Source of the DNA: a virus | Strand: one strand, 5' to 3' | Virus record (IMG/VR): IMGVR_UViG_3300042397_002774 | Location: 96,927 to 160,926 of that record | DNA length: 64,000 nt | Shown: piece after piece, positions 30,048 to 39,997 of the stretch | How the letters are laid out: every line of letters starts with the position of its first letter | Position numbering within the stretch: the first letter of the stretch is position 1 | Position numbers and translations under genes: made by a program | Notes under the pieces: generated by a model | Database searches by the model: none | What the model was told of the DNA's origin: nothing | Seen by the model: the letters and a program-made list of their open reading frames with translations, nothing else

Positions 30048-31448
30048 TTATTTTAAAAGTGATTCTGCTACATAAATTCCGTGTGCACCTGATACTGTAA
30101 TACCACGAGCTGATAGTGCATCTCCTACAAAGTGTACATTTGGATATGTTGTTAAAGACAAATCATTGTAATTAACTAATGGTTCAGGTGAAAGATATTT
30201 TACCTCAGGCATGTATATACCCCAATCATTTTTCATTTTTGGAAATACTATTTGCATATTAGTAATAAAATCCTCAATATATTGAGCATATTCTTCACCT
30301 AAAGCATTAAATAAAACATCCATTGTATCTACTTGTACAGCTGATACTGTATTATTTTCTGATGTAGTTCCTGGTTTGCGAGTTCTGTTTGGTGAATAAT
30401 AAGTACCTGTTCCATCGATTTGTAGTTTTTGTACTACATCTCTTGACCATGCAAATGGATCTTCAATACCCTTAATTTCCATCAGGATACCAAAGTTAGT
30501 CATATTATTTCTAAATTCTTCACCTTTCTTAGCGTGACCATTATAACTAATATCACCATATGTTTCTTCTACAGCAACATAAGCAGCATTATTATTCGTG
30601 CAGAATGAGCGTAAAGAAACATTATCAAATTTCTGGTAGAGTTTAAAATCGTAAGATACATCTATTAATTTTTGGAAATATTTTTGTGGCGCTTCAAAAC
30701 GAACACCAATTTGTACTGATTTAGGTTCGTTAGGTAATTCATATTGGTTTGCTAGTTGTTGAGCAAAATCAATACCTGATTTACCTACTGCAAATATTAG
30801 TTCATCATAATTATAGTATTCTGCTAGTTTAGGATTTTCACATACTGTTGTAATATCTTGTTTCTGGAAATCAATGTTAATAACAGTTGTATTCCATTCA
30901 AATCTAATACCTTTATCTAACAAATACTGATACCATGTTTTAGCAATTTCATGTAAGAAATTAGATCCAATGTGCCATACAGGAAACATTCTTAAACCAA
31001 AGTATGGTTTGATAAATTCAGGTTCTTCCTGAGGATCAGACATGAATATTTCTTCTGGTTTAGGGTGAAAACGTCTAAAATTAGAAATAACCTGGTCCAT
31101 TAATTCCATTGCTTTTTCATCACCACAATACTTAGATAATTGACCACCGATTTCGGTGTGATATGTTAATTTACCATCACTCCAACCACCAGCACCTAAC
31201 ATACCTGTCATTACTTCTTCAGGTAGGCGATTAATTGGATCATTACCTTTATCTAAAATAGTAATAAATTCACCAGGATATCCATTATCTACTAATTTAG
31301 TAGCAGCGTTAATACCTGCTACCCCCGCACCAATAATAACAATATTTTTATATTGTTTTTCTGGCTTCGTTCTTATAATCCTTGATGTTGATCTAGGAGT
31401 ATCAAACAGCTCCTGTGTTTGTCTAAATGAATTTTGATATTCTCTCAT
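30048..31448 (-). CDS. FAD-dependent oxidoreductase
   Basis: 'IVIIGAGVAG', 'GAGGWSDGKL', 'IGVRFE', 'RSFCTN', 'SYNGH', 'HFVGD...RGI'. Confidence 0.88.
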   Translation of the reverse strand: MREYQNSFRQTQELFDTPRSTSRIIRTKPEKQYKNIVIIGAGVAGINAATKLVDNGYPGEFITILDKGNDPINRLPEEVMTGMLGAGGWSDGKLTYHTEIGGQLSKYCGDEKAMELMDQVISNFRRFHPKPEEIFMSDPQEEPEFIKPYFGLRMFPVWHIGSNFLHEIAKTWYQYLLDKGIRFEWNTTVINIDFQKQDITTVCENPKLAEYYNYDELIFAVGKSGIDFAQQLANQYELPNEPKSVQIGVRFEAPQKYFQKLIDVSYDFKLYQKFDNVSLRSFCTNNNAAYVAVEETYGDISYNGHAKKGEEFRNNMTNFGILMEIKGIEDPFAWSRDVVQKLQIDGTGTYYSPNRTRKPGTTSENNTVSAVQVDTMDVLFNALGEEYAQYIEDFITNMQIVFPKMKNDWGIYMPEVKYLSPEPLVNYNDLSLTTYPNVHFVGDALSARGITVSGAHGIYVAESLLK

Positions 31449-31465
31449 AAATTTTTATTGATTGT

Positions 31466-31497
31466 TAAATATACTATTTTGTTTTGCCATTACCAAA
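31466..31497 (-). promoter_or_regulatory. Putative Bacteroidota sigma-A type promoter
   Basis: TTTG-N20-TATATTTA on the minus strand (consensus TTTG-N19-21-TAnnTTTG, one mismatch), between a terminator and the oxidoreductase ATG. Confidence 0.5.
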
Positions 31498-31526
31498 AAA
31501 GAGAGGGCACACCTTTTGGGTGCGCC
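31495..31526 (-). terminator. Rho-independent terminator
   Basis: GGCGCACC-caaaa-GGTGTGCC then CTCTCTTTTTT. Confidence 0.7.
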
Positions 31527-31572
31527 ACAGCTGCATTAATATTATTTCGATGCGACAGGCTATGAATCTGTC
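31526..31572 (-). ncRNA. Candidate pseudoknotted RNA element
   Basis: P1 GACAG/CTGTC, P2 GCAT/ATGC, and loop CATAGC complementary to downstream GCTGTG. Confidence 0.35.
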
Positions 31573-31585
31573 TATATGTTTATTT

Positions 31586-32740
31586 TTATTGTAATGTTGG
31601 GGTTTTGTTATAATCAATAACTAAAGTTTTTCCTCCTTTAGTTGGTTCTAATTTTGCTTGTTTTAATGGAATTGTTCTAAAATCAATTCCGTATTTTTGA
31701 TTTTCATGACGTGCAATTGATATAATAGGCATATCGTCAGGTTGTAAATCATCTTTATCATTCATATTTCTAGTAGTCTTAATGGTTAAAATACCATTTT
31801 CAAGACTATAATCAGTTGATGAAAATGAACGTTGTACTATTTTAGCTTTATCAGGGCCAAATGTAATATTTTCTAAATTTTCTTCTATTCCTGGGTAATT
31901 AAGTATGAATATTCTTCCATATCTTCTTTCATCTTCAGGATCTACCATATCTAGTACCTTAGGTTGGAGTGGGTTTGGTTTTATTTGTAACTTAGGTATT
32001 TCACCTTTTTGTCCACCCTCAATAAATTTATTCAACAAATCATTAAAATTTTTTCTTTCACTACTCCACCAATAAGGACCGTCTTTTTTTACAGATATGT
32101 TTTGTTCACCTTCTGATGTTGTTAATGATACATCTCCTTTAAAACCTAATTTACTACCTTTTACCCCCATACCTTCTGCTTTTGAAACATCAGAAATGAA
32201 AATTTCTTTTCCTTTTTCATCAACAAACTTAACATTTATAGGACCACCATTTTCTTCTACAAAATTATTAATAGCATCTACTAACTCTTTTTCATTAGAT
32301 ACTCCAGCTCCACCTGATGTTTGGCCACCTAAATTAGATGATTTATAAATTGTACTTACATTTATTGATGTTTCTTGACCATTTAATTGTCCTATAATTT
32401 TTACATTACGAGCATTACTAACATTTCTAATAGCTCCTATCAGATTAGATTTTTCTTCTGGTTTATCTGCAAAAAATGTTTCGTTATTTACAACAATGTA
32501 GTCTGCTATGAAATCTTCTTCACCTTTAGAACCTAATTTAAATGGTTCTAGACTATAAAAAATATCAACAAATTGATCAGGACGTTTTTTAATTGTATTT
32601 AACGATAACATAGCTTCTTCTAATTCTATTTCATTAATTATTTCTTGTAAAATAGATAGCTTTTTAGGATTGTTTAAATCAACAATCCCATCATGGCAAC
32701 GAAATGACCACTCATTTAATATTTTATCTATAACTGTCAT
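31586..32740 (-). CDS. Hypothetical protein, possible PD-(D/E)XK nuclease fold
   Basis: Start moved to 32740 (MTVIDKILNEWSFRC); 'SNEKEL...KGDVSL...NISVKK' resembles a restriction-like active site. Confidence 0.55.
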   Translation of the reverse strand: MTVIDKILNEWSFRCHDGIVDLNNPKKLSILQEIINEIELEEAMLSLNTIKKRPDQFVDIFYSLEPFKLGSKGEEDFIADYIVVNNETFFADKPEEKSNLIGAIRNVSNARNVKIIGQLNGQETSINVSTIYKSSNLGGQTSGGAGVSNEKELVDAINNFVEENGGPINVKFVDEKGKEIFISDVSKAEGMGVKGSKLGFKGDVSLTTSEGEQNISVKKDGPYWWSSERKNFNDLLNKFIEGGQKGEIPKLQIKPNPLQPKVLDMVDPEDERRYGRIFILNYPGIEENLENITFGPDKAKIVQRSFSSTDYSLENGILTIKTTRNMNDKDDLQPDDMPIISIARHENQKYGIDFRTIPLKQAKLEPTKGGKTLVIDYNKTPTLQ

Positions 32741-32741
32741 A

Positions 32742-33284
32742 TTATGCTTCTGCTGGTGGAGGAGTTTCTTCTGCTGGTGTTTCTTCAGGTGTAGCTGGGG
32801 TTTCAGCTCCTGATAAATCATTAAATGCTGCTTCGCCAGCATCTGGTGCTGCAGGAGCTTCTGGAGCTGCTGCGTCTGCAGGTACTGCTGTATTTGCATC
32901 TTCTTTAAGTGCAGGAGATAATGATAATAAATTTGATACAGCTTGGCTTGCTTTATCTATAGCACTACCCATAGCTAAATCATATCTTTTACCTGCTACT
33001 TTAGCTATAAAAGTACCACCTGAGTATACTAATTGGAAATCTAATCCATTGATTAATTCAATATTAAGAGTTGTTGGTTTTGGAGCAACAACAGTAACAC
33101 TGCTTAAATATCTACTAAATGAAGGAGACATTATTGATTCAACAGCATCTTTTAATTTAGGAAAACGATATATTAAATACAAAGATTTTTCAGCACGCTT
33201 GATTGCTTGCTCTTCCTCTTGCAATCTTTGTCTGATTGCTTTTTTAATATATTTTTCTAATAATATTTTTTTAGTATTCTCCAT
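32742..33284 (-). CDS. Hypothetical protein
   Basis: 180 aa; N-terminal [17 protein letters not shown]; acidic Pro/Ala tail. Confidence 0.7.
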   Translation of the reverse strand: MENTKKILLEKYIKKAIRQRLQEEEQAIKRAEKSLYLIYRFPKLKDAVESIMSPSFSRYLSSVTVVAPKPTTLNIELINGLDFQLVYSGGTFIAKVAGKRYDLAMGSAIDKASQAVSNLLSLSPALKEDANTAVPADAAAPEAPAAPDAGEAAFNDLSGAETPATPEETPAEETPPPAEA

Positions 33285-33642
33285 TATTTTCCATTTCGTT
33301 AGCTTCTTCAGTTAAATATTGTTCTATACTATTCATATAATCTGAAGCTAAAGTAATATATGCAGATACCCAACCTGGTAATTGTTGGTTAGGTTCGATC
33401 ATTTTATAAATTTTAGAAGCATTTTCTACCATACTTCTTAGTTCACTTTTAGCCATTGTGGCTTCGTGATCTTCAGTTTTAGGCCAAGTTAAATGAGTTT
33501 CTTTAACTAAAGCTACAGCAATTTTTTTACGACGATTAGCAAGATAAGAATCTGTCTTATTTACTTTACCATCATTGTTGATGTCTTTATCTTCTTTACC
33601 CACTGGGTCTAAGCCTTCTACTAAATTTGATAATCTAATCAT
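33271..33642 (-). CDS. Hypothetical protein with EF-hand-like loop
   Basis: MIRLSNLVE tag then [12 protein letters not shown]. Confidence 0.7.
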   Translation of the reverse strand: MIRLSNLVEGLDPVGKEDKDINNDGKVNKTDSYLANRRKKIAVALVKETHLTWPKTEDHEATMAKSELRSMVENASKIYKMIEPNQQLPGWVSAYITLASDYMNSIEQYLTEEANEMENNGEY

Positions 33643-33644
33643 TG

Positions 33645-34076
33645 TTATTTCATTGATTGTTTTGTAGCAGTTGCGTACATAACTTTTTCAGCGTCTTTGC
33701 CATATTTGTCAAAGCCATCTGATTTTTTCATTGCTTTAACATTTTTTTCTTTTTTAGCTTTTTCGCTTTTAGTCATCTTACGCTCTTTAACTGGTTTATC
33801 CATTGCTTTTAATTGTTCTTCAAGCTCTTTTTTCTTAGCTTCAAGTTCAGCAATGCTGTTATCCATATCATCCATCAAATCACCAATAATTTCTGTATCA
33901 ACATATTGATTAATATTTGTTGGAATAGCAGATTTAATATCGCTAGCTTCTTTGATATCTTCTTCGATTTTAGCAATTTTTGCACTAATTGCTGCTTTAT
34001 CACCAGCCTCATCGATCATTCTTAAACGTTCTCCGATAGCTTCTTTAATAATTTGGCGTAATTGATTAGTATTCAT
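33645..34076 (-). CDS. Hypothetical coiled-coil protein
   Basis: Starts [16 protein letters not shown]; own ATATTTAT motif at 34091-34099. Confidence 0.7.
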   Translation of the reverse strand: MNTNQLRQIIKEAIGERLRMIDEAGDKAAISAKIAKIEEDIKEASDIKSAIPTNINQYVDTEIIGDLMDDMDNSIAELEAKKKELEEQLKAMDKPVKERKMTKSEKAKKEKNVKAMKKSDGFDKYGKDAEKVMYATATKQSMK

Positions 34077-34106
34077 TGTATGTGTTTATATATAAATATG
34101 TAAATT

Positions 34107-35123
34107 TTAGTCTAAATCTTGTAATCCGGTATCATCTTTTGTTAAATCACGAGCAATATCTCTTATTTCCATTTCAGCCCAGCGTTTTTGAGAAGATGTT
34201 AATGTACCGTTGATTGCATTTTCAACAAACGGAAAAAATTCATTATCAGATAATTTATAAACAGATGCAAAAAACAGTTCACGAACACGTGGATCATCCA
34301 CATCCGATGAAATATATAAATCATTAATAGCATCATATATAAATTTACCATAACGTAAATCTTCAGGTTCATTTGAAACCTTATCTACAGCATTAATAAT
34401 TGATTGATTTTTTTCTTTATCTGATCCGAATCCTTCTGTACCTACGATTTCATATAATCCTTTTATAATTTCATGAACTAACATAGGAAAACACATTGCT
34501 TGTGCTTTAATTATAAATTGATCATTTTCATCATCGTATTCCATTTCACTTTCACCACCCTGCATTTTAGCACCTTGTGCAATTGCTGCTAACATCATTG
34601 CAATAGCATTATCATCATCATAAGTACCAAATACTAATTTTAATATTTCACTATATTTGCTTACTAATTCTGGATTGATTTGGTCAATGTATTCTTTGAA
34701 TAACATAAATGCAAAAGCTCCTCTAACAGATGCTCCTTGAGTAATACCGTTAATAAGACGACGTTTTGCTTTCATCTTTTCAGGATCATCTTCACCAAAA
34801 TCAGGTTGTGAAGGATCTTCATTGTTAGGATTCATCTCAATATCCATATCATTACCTATACTAGCAATAATTTTAATATTAGCATAGTCAATAATTGGAT
34901 AAGCATCAGTAACCATTTGGATAGCTATTGCCTCTAATTCATCTCTATATCCTTCTTCAGCAGCTATAATTTGGTCTAATACTTCTTTAGAGCGCATCAT
35001 TGTTTGCATTAATGGTCTATTACCAACCATTTGGCGCAATGATTCACCAGACTTACCTTTCAAAGCAGACATGGTGTTAGGTGAAAATATTTTGTCGTAT
35101 TCTACTTCTAATAATTTTGCCAT
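34107..35123 (-). CDS. Hypothetical helical protein
   Basis: 338 aa; 'KRRLINGITQGA', 'FPMLVHEIIKGLYE'. Confidence 0.7.
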   Translation of the reverse strand: MAKLLEVEYDKIFSPNTMSALKGKSGESLRQMVGNRPLMQTMMRSKEVLDQIIAAEEGYRDELEAIAIQMVTDAYPIIDYANIKIIASIGNDMDIEMNPNNEDPSQPDFGEDDPEKMKAKRRLINGITQGASVRGAFAFMLFKEYIDQINPELVSKYSEILKLVFGTYDDDNAIAMMLAAIAQGAKMQGGESEMEYDDENDQFIIKAQAMCFPMLVHEIIKGLYEIVGTEGFGSDKEKNQSIINAVDKVSNEPEDLRYGKFIYDAINDLYISSDVDDPRVRELFFASVYKLSDNEFFPFVENAINGTLTSSQKRWAEMEIRDIARDLTKDDTGLQDLD

Positions 35124-35374
35124 TATTTTTTAGATTGAAATCTTTTAACAATTTTATCTACCATTTCTTCTTCATTCATTGAAGCCTTTGGTTTTGGTTT
35201 AACATCAGGATTTCCCAATGGACGACGAGGTTTTGGTTTATCAGTACCAGGTTTAGCTGGTATTGTTGTAGGTTCTGGGCTAACGCCTGGTTTTGAAGGA
35301 GCTACTGCTGGGCCTTCAGCTAATACTTTCTCTATCACTTCACGGATAGTTTCTTTTAATTTACTTATTTGCAT
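35123..35374 (-). CDS. Small Pro/Lys-rich hypothetical protein
   Basis: Starts MQISKLKETIREVIEKVLAE. Confidence 0.7.
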   Translation of the reverse strand: MQISKLKETIREVIEKVLAEGPAVAPSKPGVSPEPTTIPAKPGTDKPKPRRPLGNPDVKPKPKASMNEEEMVDKIVKRFQSKK

Positions 35375-37985
35375 TCTTTTTTTCGTTTATATGTTTACGA
35401 AGTAATTCTTTAAATTCTTTTATATGACCTGGATGATCTGCTAAATATTCATTTACAATATACTGATGTGCTTCTGCCAATCCTCGTTGTTGTAATGCTG
35501 TTAATAAATCTGCAGGTGAAGCTAATGGAAACGCATTATTACCACCTTCATTACCTGTTAATATATAGTTACTATTACCTGGTTGTACATTAATAGATGC
35601 TATCACTTGTTGGTTAGCTAATCTAATAATATATATTTTACTAGCACCAATTTGAATTACTCGTCCTACTCTACCTGATGTACCTAATAAGTTATTACGA
35701 CGAGAAGCACCTCTATCACCATTTGGATCAACACGGGATGCATTATTAACATTTAATCTTCTTAATATAGCTCTTGGTAAACGTAAATATGCTACTTCTA
35801 ATCCAATTGCATTCATTTCTTCACGAACGTTTATATCACCTGCTGCTGGAGCTGCGGCTGCCTGACGAGGAGCATTTGGTACACCTGCTGGTCTACCTCT
35901 TCTACCTGTTGTAGTAGCACCTGCAGCAGCGGCAGCTGGTGCAGCAGTACCTAACATTTGTGCTGCTTTAGAAGCAGGAATATTAGCAACAACTAATTTA
36001 CCTGAATTAGAAGATACTGTGTAGCTTGTTCTTGGATTTGTTGTATTAATAATGTAAGGAATACCTTCATAAATAACAGATCTAAGTACACTACCAGCTT
36101 GCATTGGGGGGTTAGCTCCAATAATAGCTTTTCTAATATCACCACCGGAATAACTGCTTACATTTTTTATAGCATTTATATAGTCATTATCACTAAATGC
36201 TAAATTCTTAGATCTTAAGTAATCAAACCATGCAGAATATACTAATCCATTTGCAATAGGTGAATTTCTAATTTGTTGCCTCCAATCCATTCCTGACCGT
36301 CCATAAACTGCTGTAAATATCAGACTAGTTGTACTTCTTTCTAAATATTGAATAAAAAATGGAGAATCAGGACTTTCAGTTGTAAGTACAACTGCTGGTC
36401 TTCCATCCCACTCAATAATTCTTTTATCTGCAGGTATAGATTTTAATAATGAAACAAATGCATCTTTATCTATAGTATTAGGAATATTATCTCTAACATT
36501 AAGTAATGATAATGCATTCTTTTGGAATCCTTCATTATCTTTTTGTTGTGTAAATACTTCTTGTACCTCTTCATCATCGAATGGTACTTTAGAAACTTTA
36601 TCACCGTCTATTTTATAAGATACAAATGAATTAGAATCAATTAATATTGTTTTGTTATTAATATCTTTAGCAATAATAGCTGAGTTGCTGTCTGTTTTTG
36701 CTTTTTCGATTACGTTATCTAATACACTTTTATCAATTACTTCATTAGAAACTAATGTTATTAAATTTTTAAAAGGAATCTTATCTAAATCTGGGTAGTC
36801 TAATAAGTAACGTGATGTACGTTTATTTAATTTAATATTAGGATAATCATCATCTTCAGTATATAATCCTACTTTAATGTCTTCACCAAAAGTTAATTTA
36901 ATAATACTTTCATTATCTTTGGTAACATATATCCTTTCATTTTTAGGAACATCCCATTTATCAAATTTAACTAAAAATTTCTTAATTTCAAATGAAATAG
37001 AATCTAGAGTTAGATATTTCAACTCTATTTTATCTCTCATATTTGCTATGATTGATCTTGTATCTCCATTTGAGAATTTATCTAAATTTTTAACTAAAGT
37101 TATACTATTTAAAATACCAAAATTAGTAGCAATAGTATTAGCAATTTGTGGATATTTTGGTAAGTATTTTTCTACAAAAGTATCATTACTAATATCTTGG
37201 AATAATTCTCTACCTTTTCTAACAACTAAATATTGTTCTTTAGCTTTAAAAGGAAGTTTAGCCCACTCTCTAACACCAATGGGATTATTTTTATATAATT
37301 GATTTATTTTTTCTTTGTTAGATAAAGGAATATATTTGAATACACTTCTTAAACCAGTAACTGAAGGGAAATTTTGTTCAATAAAGCTCCATGGTTCCCA
37401 TCTATCCCATTCTGTAGCTCTACCACCAACATCATTATTTGATCTGTCTGATGCTTTATAAGTGTCATCTTTACCAACAACCACAACAAAGAAACTCTTA
37501 CGATCGCTATTAGGTAAATTTGTATCTTTTACTAAATAAAATGTTGGGTTTTTTCTATTATCATCATAACGATAGTTACCAAATGAACCTCTGGTAATAC
37601 ACCAAGATTCACCTCTACCGAAATTTAAACAGTTTTCTTCTTTAGAACCATTATATATAATTAAACCATTCTGGTCATAAACCACATCTGGAGTAATGTC
37701 AACTTCTTCTTCAGGTTCTTCAACACCTTTAGTTGAAGTTACTAATTTTATTAATTTAGATAAACTATATTTACGTAAATCTTTTTCAGTAACTTTAGGT
37801 GAATTTTTTAAAGAATCAAAACGTTCAATATATGCTTTTAATTTATCATCAGCAATTTCAATATTTAAATCATCAGCTTCTTCTTTAAATTTAGTCATCA
37901 ATTTATTAATCTCACCTTCTGAGTATTCATTAAGGGAAAATAAATTGTGTGTTACGTGAATTATGAATTTGTCAATTGCTCTCAT
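35361..37985 (-). CDS. Large hypothetical protein
   Basis: 874 aa; 'FGRGESWCIT' unit; AT-hook-like GRRGRP. Confidence 0.75.
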   Translation of the reverse strand: MRAIDKFIIHVTHNLFSLNEYSEGEINKLMTKFKEEADDLNIEIADDKLKAYIERFDSLKNSPKVTEKDLRKYSLSKLIKLVTSTKGVEEPEEEVDITPDVVYDQNGLIIYNGSKEENCLNFGRGESWCITRGSFGNYRYDDNRKNPTFYLVKDTNLPNSDRKSFFVVVVGKDDTYKASDRSNNDVGGRATEWDRWEPWSFIEQNFPSVTGLRSVFKYIPLSNKEKINQLYKNNPIGVREWAKLPFKAKEQYLVVRKGRELFQDISNDTFVEKYLPKYPQIANTIATNFGILNSITLVKNLDKFSNGDTRSIIANMRDKIELKYLTLDSISFEIKKFLVKFDKWDVPKNERIYVTKDNESIIKLTFGEDIKVGLYTEDDDYPNIKLNKRTSRYLLDYPDLDKIPFKNLITLVSNEVIDKSVLDNVIEKAKTDSNSAIIAKDINNKTILIDSNSFVSYKIDGDKVSKVPFDDEEVQEVFTQQKDNEGFQKNALSLLNVRDNIPNTIDKDAFVSLLKSIPADKRIIEWDGRPAVVLTTESPDSPFFIQYLERSTTSLIFTAVYGRSGMDWRQQIRNSPIANGLVYSAWFDYLRSKNLAFSDNDYINAIKNVSSYSGGDIRKAIIGANPPMQAGSVLRSVIYEGIPYIINTTNPRTSYTVSSNSGKLVVANIPASKAAQMLGTAAPAAAAAGATTTGRRGRPAGVPNAPRQAAAAPAAGDINVREEMNAIGLEVAYLRLPRAILRRLNVNNASRVDPNGDRGASRRNNLLGTSGRVGRVIQIGASKIYIIRLANQQVIASINVQPGNSNYILTGNEGGNNAFPLASPADLLTALQQRGLAEAHQYIVNEYLADHPGHIKEFKELLRKHINEKKNANK

Positions 37986-38404
37986 TATTTATTAAACTTT
38001 ACTTTTGCTTTATCTGTATTAGATACAAATTGCTTACCTTTTTTAGACCCAGCTACTTTTTTACGTGATGTAGCAGCGCGTTCAGCTTTAGTTAAACGAT
38101 TTGCCTTAGCACGAGGTAAACAACGAGTTGTTGCTTTATCTTTTTTCATTGTACCACAAGGACCAGTTATGTTACCTTGTGTATCAATACGAACCCAATC
38201 TTCTTTTTTAAACCAATCACGAAGAGATTCATGTAAATCTAAATCATCTTCTTCCATTAATCCTTTACATACCTTAACAGCACGACCAGAAAGATAAGCT
38301 GATGGTTTTTCACCAGCAGCTCTGCGACGATCATAATAAGCTTTACCTTTTTTGCAAAGCTTTTCTACAATGATCTGGTCTAGTATTTCTTGTAATTTAA
38401 TCAC
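37985..38404 (-). CDS. Basic hypothetical protein (DUF5872-like)
   Basis: MIKLQEIL tag; 'PSAYLSG', 'LHESLRDWFKKEDWVRI...CG...CLP'. Confidence 0.65.
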   Translation of the reverse strand: MIKLQEILDQIIVEKLCKKGKAYYDRRRAAGEKPSAYLSGRAVKVCKGLMEEDDLDLHESLRDWFKKEDWVRIDTQGNITGPCGTMKKDKATTRCLPRAKANRLTKAERAATSRKKVAGSKKGKQFVSNTDKAKVKFNK

Positions 38405-38664
38405 AATTTTTGAATTTTGATTACCAACGAGCCATTGCCTTTAATAGTGCGATGCCAGGTATGTTTTGGTATAAATATCGATTTATTTATAAGTGTTGGT
38501 AATTCGTCTTCAAGTTGTATAAACCAATCTGTGGGTTGTGTGGGTTCAATAAGACGGTCTTCATTATCACGATGCCAAAGAAGTTCGATGGGATCTATAT
38601 TTTCATCGAACTCTCTAATAACATATTCTTTTGTTATCTCTAAATCAGTATAAGGATGACTCAT
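38401..38664 (-). CDS. Small cupin-like protein
   Basis: 'LWHRDNEDR...IFIPKHTWHRTIKG'. Confidence 0.65.
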   Translation of the reverse strand: MSHPYTDLEITKEYVIREFDENIDPIELLWHRDNEDRLIEPTQPTDWFIQLEDELPTLINKSIFIPKHTWHRTIKGNGSLVIKIQKL

Positions 38665-39074
38665 AACAATATTTCATCTGGTACTTTAAACTGCCATATA
38701 GTAGCTTTACCCTTTTGTAGCATCAATGCTGTAAGTCTAGTATTACCACCAATCAATTCTTTGTATCCATCTGAATATAAAGCAACAATTGGCATTTCTA
38801 CATTGCCTGCTTCAATTTGAGCTAATGCTCTTTTTTGTTTTTCTGGGTTTAAAGTTTTAAAAGTACTTGGTTCATCTGCGTTAGTATTATTTATATCCTT
38901 TGCAGAAGTTAAATTAACAGGTTTACCAGTCTTAGCTAATTCTACCCATTTAGCTTTACCTAATTTTTTAAATTCAGGATAGCGTTTTGCTTCCATCCAT
39001 TCTTTTTCAAAATTAGGATTGCTATATTGAACAGAATCTGTAATTTCTTTTAATATGTCGAATAATTTAATCAT
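38661..39074 (-). CDS. ParB/sulfiredoxin-like domain protein
   Basis: MIKLFDILKE tag (ATG 39074); 'MPIV...ELIGGNTRLTAL'. Confidence 0.6.
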   Translation of the reverse strand: MIKLFDILKEITDSVQYSNPNFEKEWMEAKRYPEFKKLGKAKWVELAKTGKPVNLTSAKDINNTNADEPSTFKTLNPEKQKRALAQIEAGNVEMPIVALYSDGYKELIGGNTRLTALMLQKGKATIWQFKVPDEILL

Positions 39075-39682
39075 TACCAAAATCCACCAAATGATGTTTT
39101 AAAGCCTAATAATTTAGCATATCTTGGTAAACGACATGACCAATATGATGCTTTTGTTCTATCTTTTTTCTGAGCGCATTTATGGCGAGCTGCAAATGCT
39201 TTACGGGCTTTTGGATTATTTAATTTAGCTCTTAATCCTGTAGTATCACCAAATGATACTTTTTTAATACCCCCACCCGGTTTACGAACATATACATAAA
39301 ACTTTTTAGAACCACCACGTTTTGGTTTACCAATAGGAGGTGTTTTCTTTTTATCTACTTCGTTTATAATTTCTTCTAAACTGATTGGGTAATCTAAAGG
39401 AACATTGAATCCATTATAATTATCAATTTCACCAATATTAGATTCTAATAATTCAGCATCATCTTCAGTTACAGATAATATACCTTTATTATATAATTCA
39501 CGTGCTTCACGAAATAAAGCAAAATAATTATTAGATAGGGGGCGGTAGATATTGTGAATTAACTGTCTACCTTCAGTTATATGGTATTTCATACCTTCAG
39601 ATAACAATATTGATTCTTTACCTTCAGATATTATTTGAGGACCATTGCAGCCACAATCTTGTTCTTCTTGTAAATTTATCAT
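39074..39682 (-). CDS. Hypothetical protein with basic DUF6321-like C-terminus
   Basis: 'KKFYVYV...KKVSFGD...ARKAFAARHKC...YWSCR'. Confidence 0.65.
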   Translation of the reverse strand: MINLQEEQDCGCNGPQIISEGKESILLSEGMKYHITEGRQLIHNIYRPLSNNYFALFREARELYNKGILSVTEDDAELLESNIGEIDNYNGFNVPLDYPISLEEIINEVDKKKTPPIGKPKRGGSKKFYVYVRKPGGGIKKVSFGDTTGLRAKLNNPKARKAFAARHKCAQKKDRTKASYWSCRLPRYAKLLGFKTSFGGFW

Positions 39683-39957
39683 ATACTTCCAATACGTTTA
39701 TCAGTTAGGTACTTAATTTCGGTACGTAGTGCTGCTACTTCAGCTACTAAATCTAAAATTTGCTTACGCATTTCATCTTTTTCTTGAGATGATTTTTCTA
39801 ACAATGCTTCTAATTTAGATATTCTATCTTTACAATCATGTCTAACGAAATCATCATCTCGTTCTTTCTTTAAAGCACGTTTTTCATAATATCGAAATGC
39901 TGTAGTACCTCCTAAAACTGTAATTGCTGTAATTAATACTGAATAGATATTCTCCAT
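39679..39957 (-). CDS. Small membrane protein with coiled coil (holin-like topology)
   Basis: One N-terminal TM helix then coiled coil. Confidence 0.5.
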   Translation of the reverse strand: MENIYSVLITAITVLGGTTAFRYYEKRALKKERDDDFVRHDCKDRISKLEALLEKSSQEKDEMRKQILDLVAEVAALRTEIKYLTDKRIGSI

Positions 39958-39997
39958 TATATGTACTTATATATTTAGTTATTGATAGCAATAAATA

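Noticed and set aside
31554-31572. CAT-containing loop resembling a tRNA-Met anticodon arm
   Set aside because: No acceptor stem, D arm or T arm; kept only as a candidate structured RNA.
32741-32899. Gln-rich N-terminal extension of the 437-aa ORF (likewise the extensions to 11227, 14503, 27886 and 29042)
   Set aside because: They overlap upstream genes or the promoter motif; downstream ATGs fit the gene packing better.
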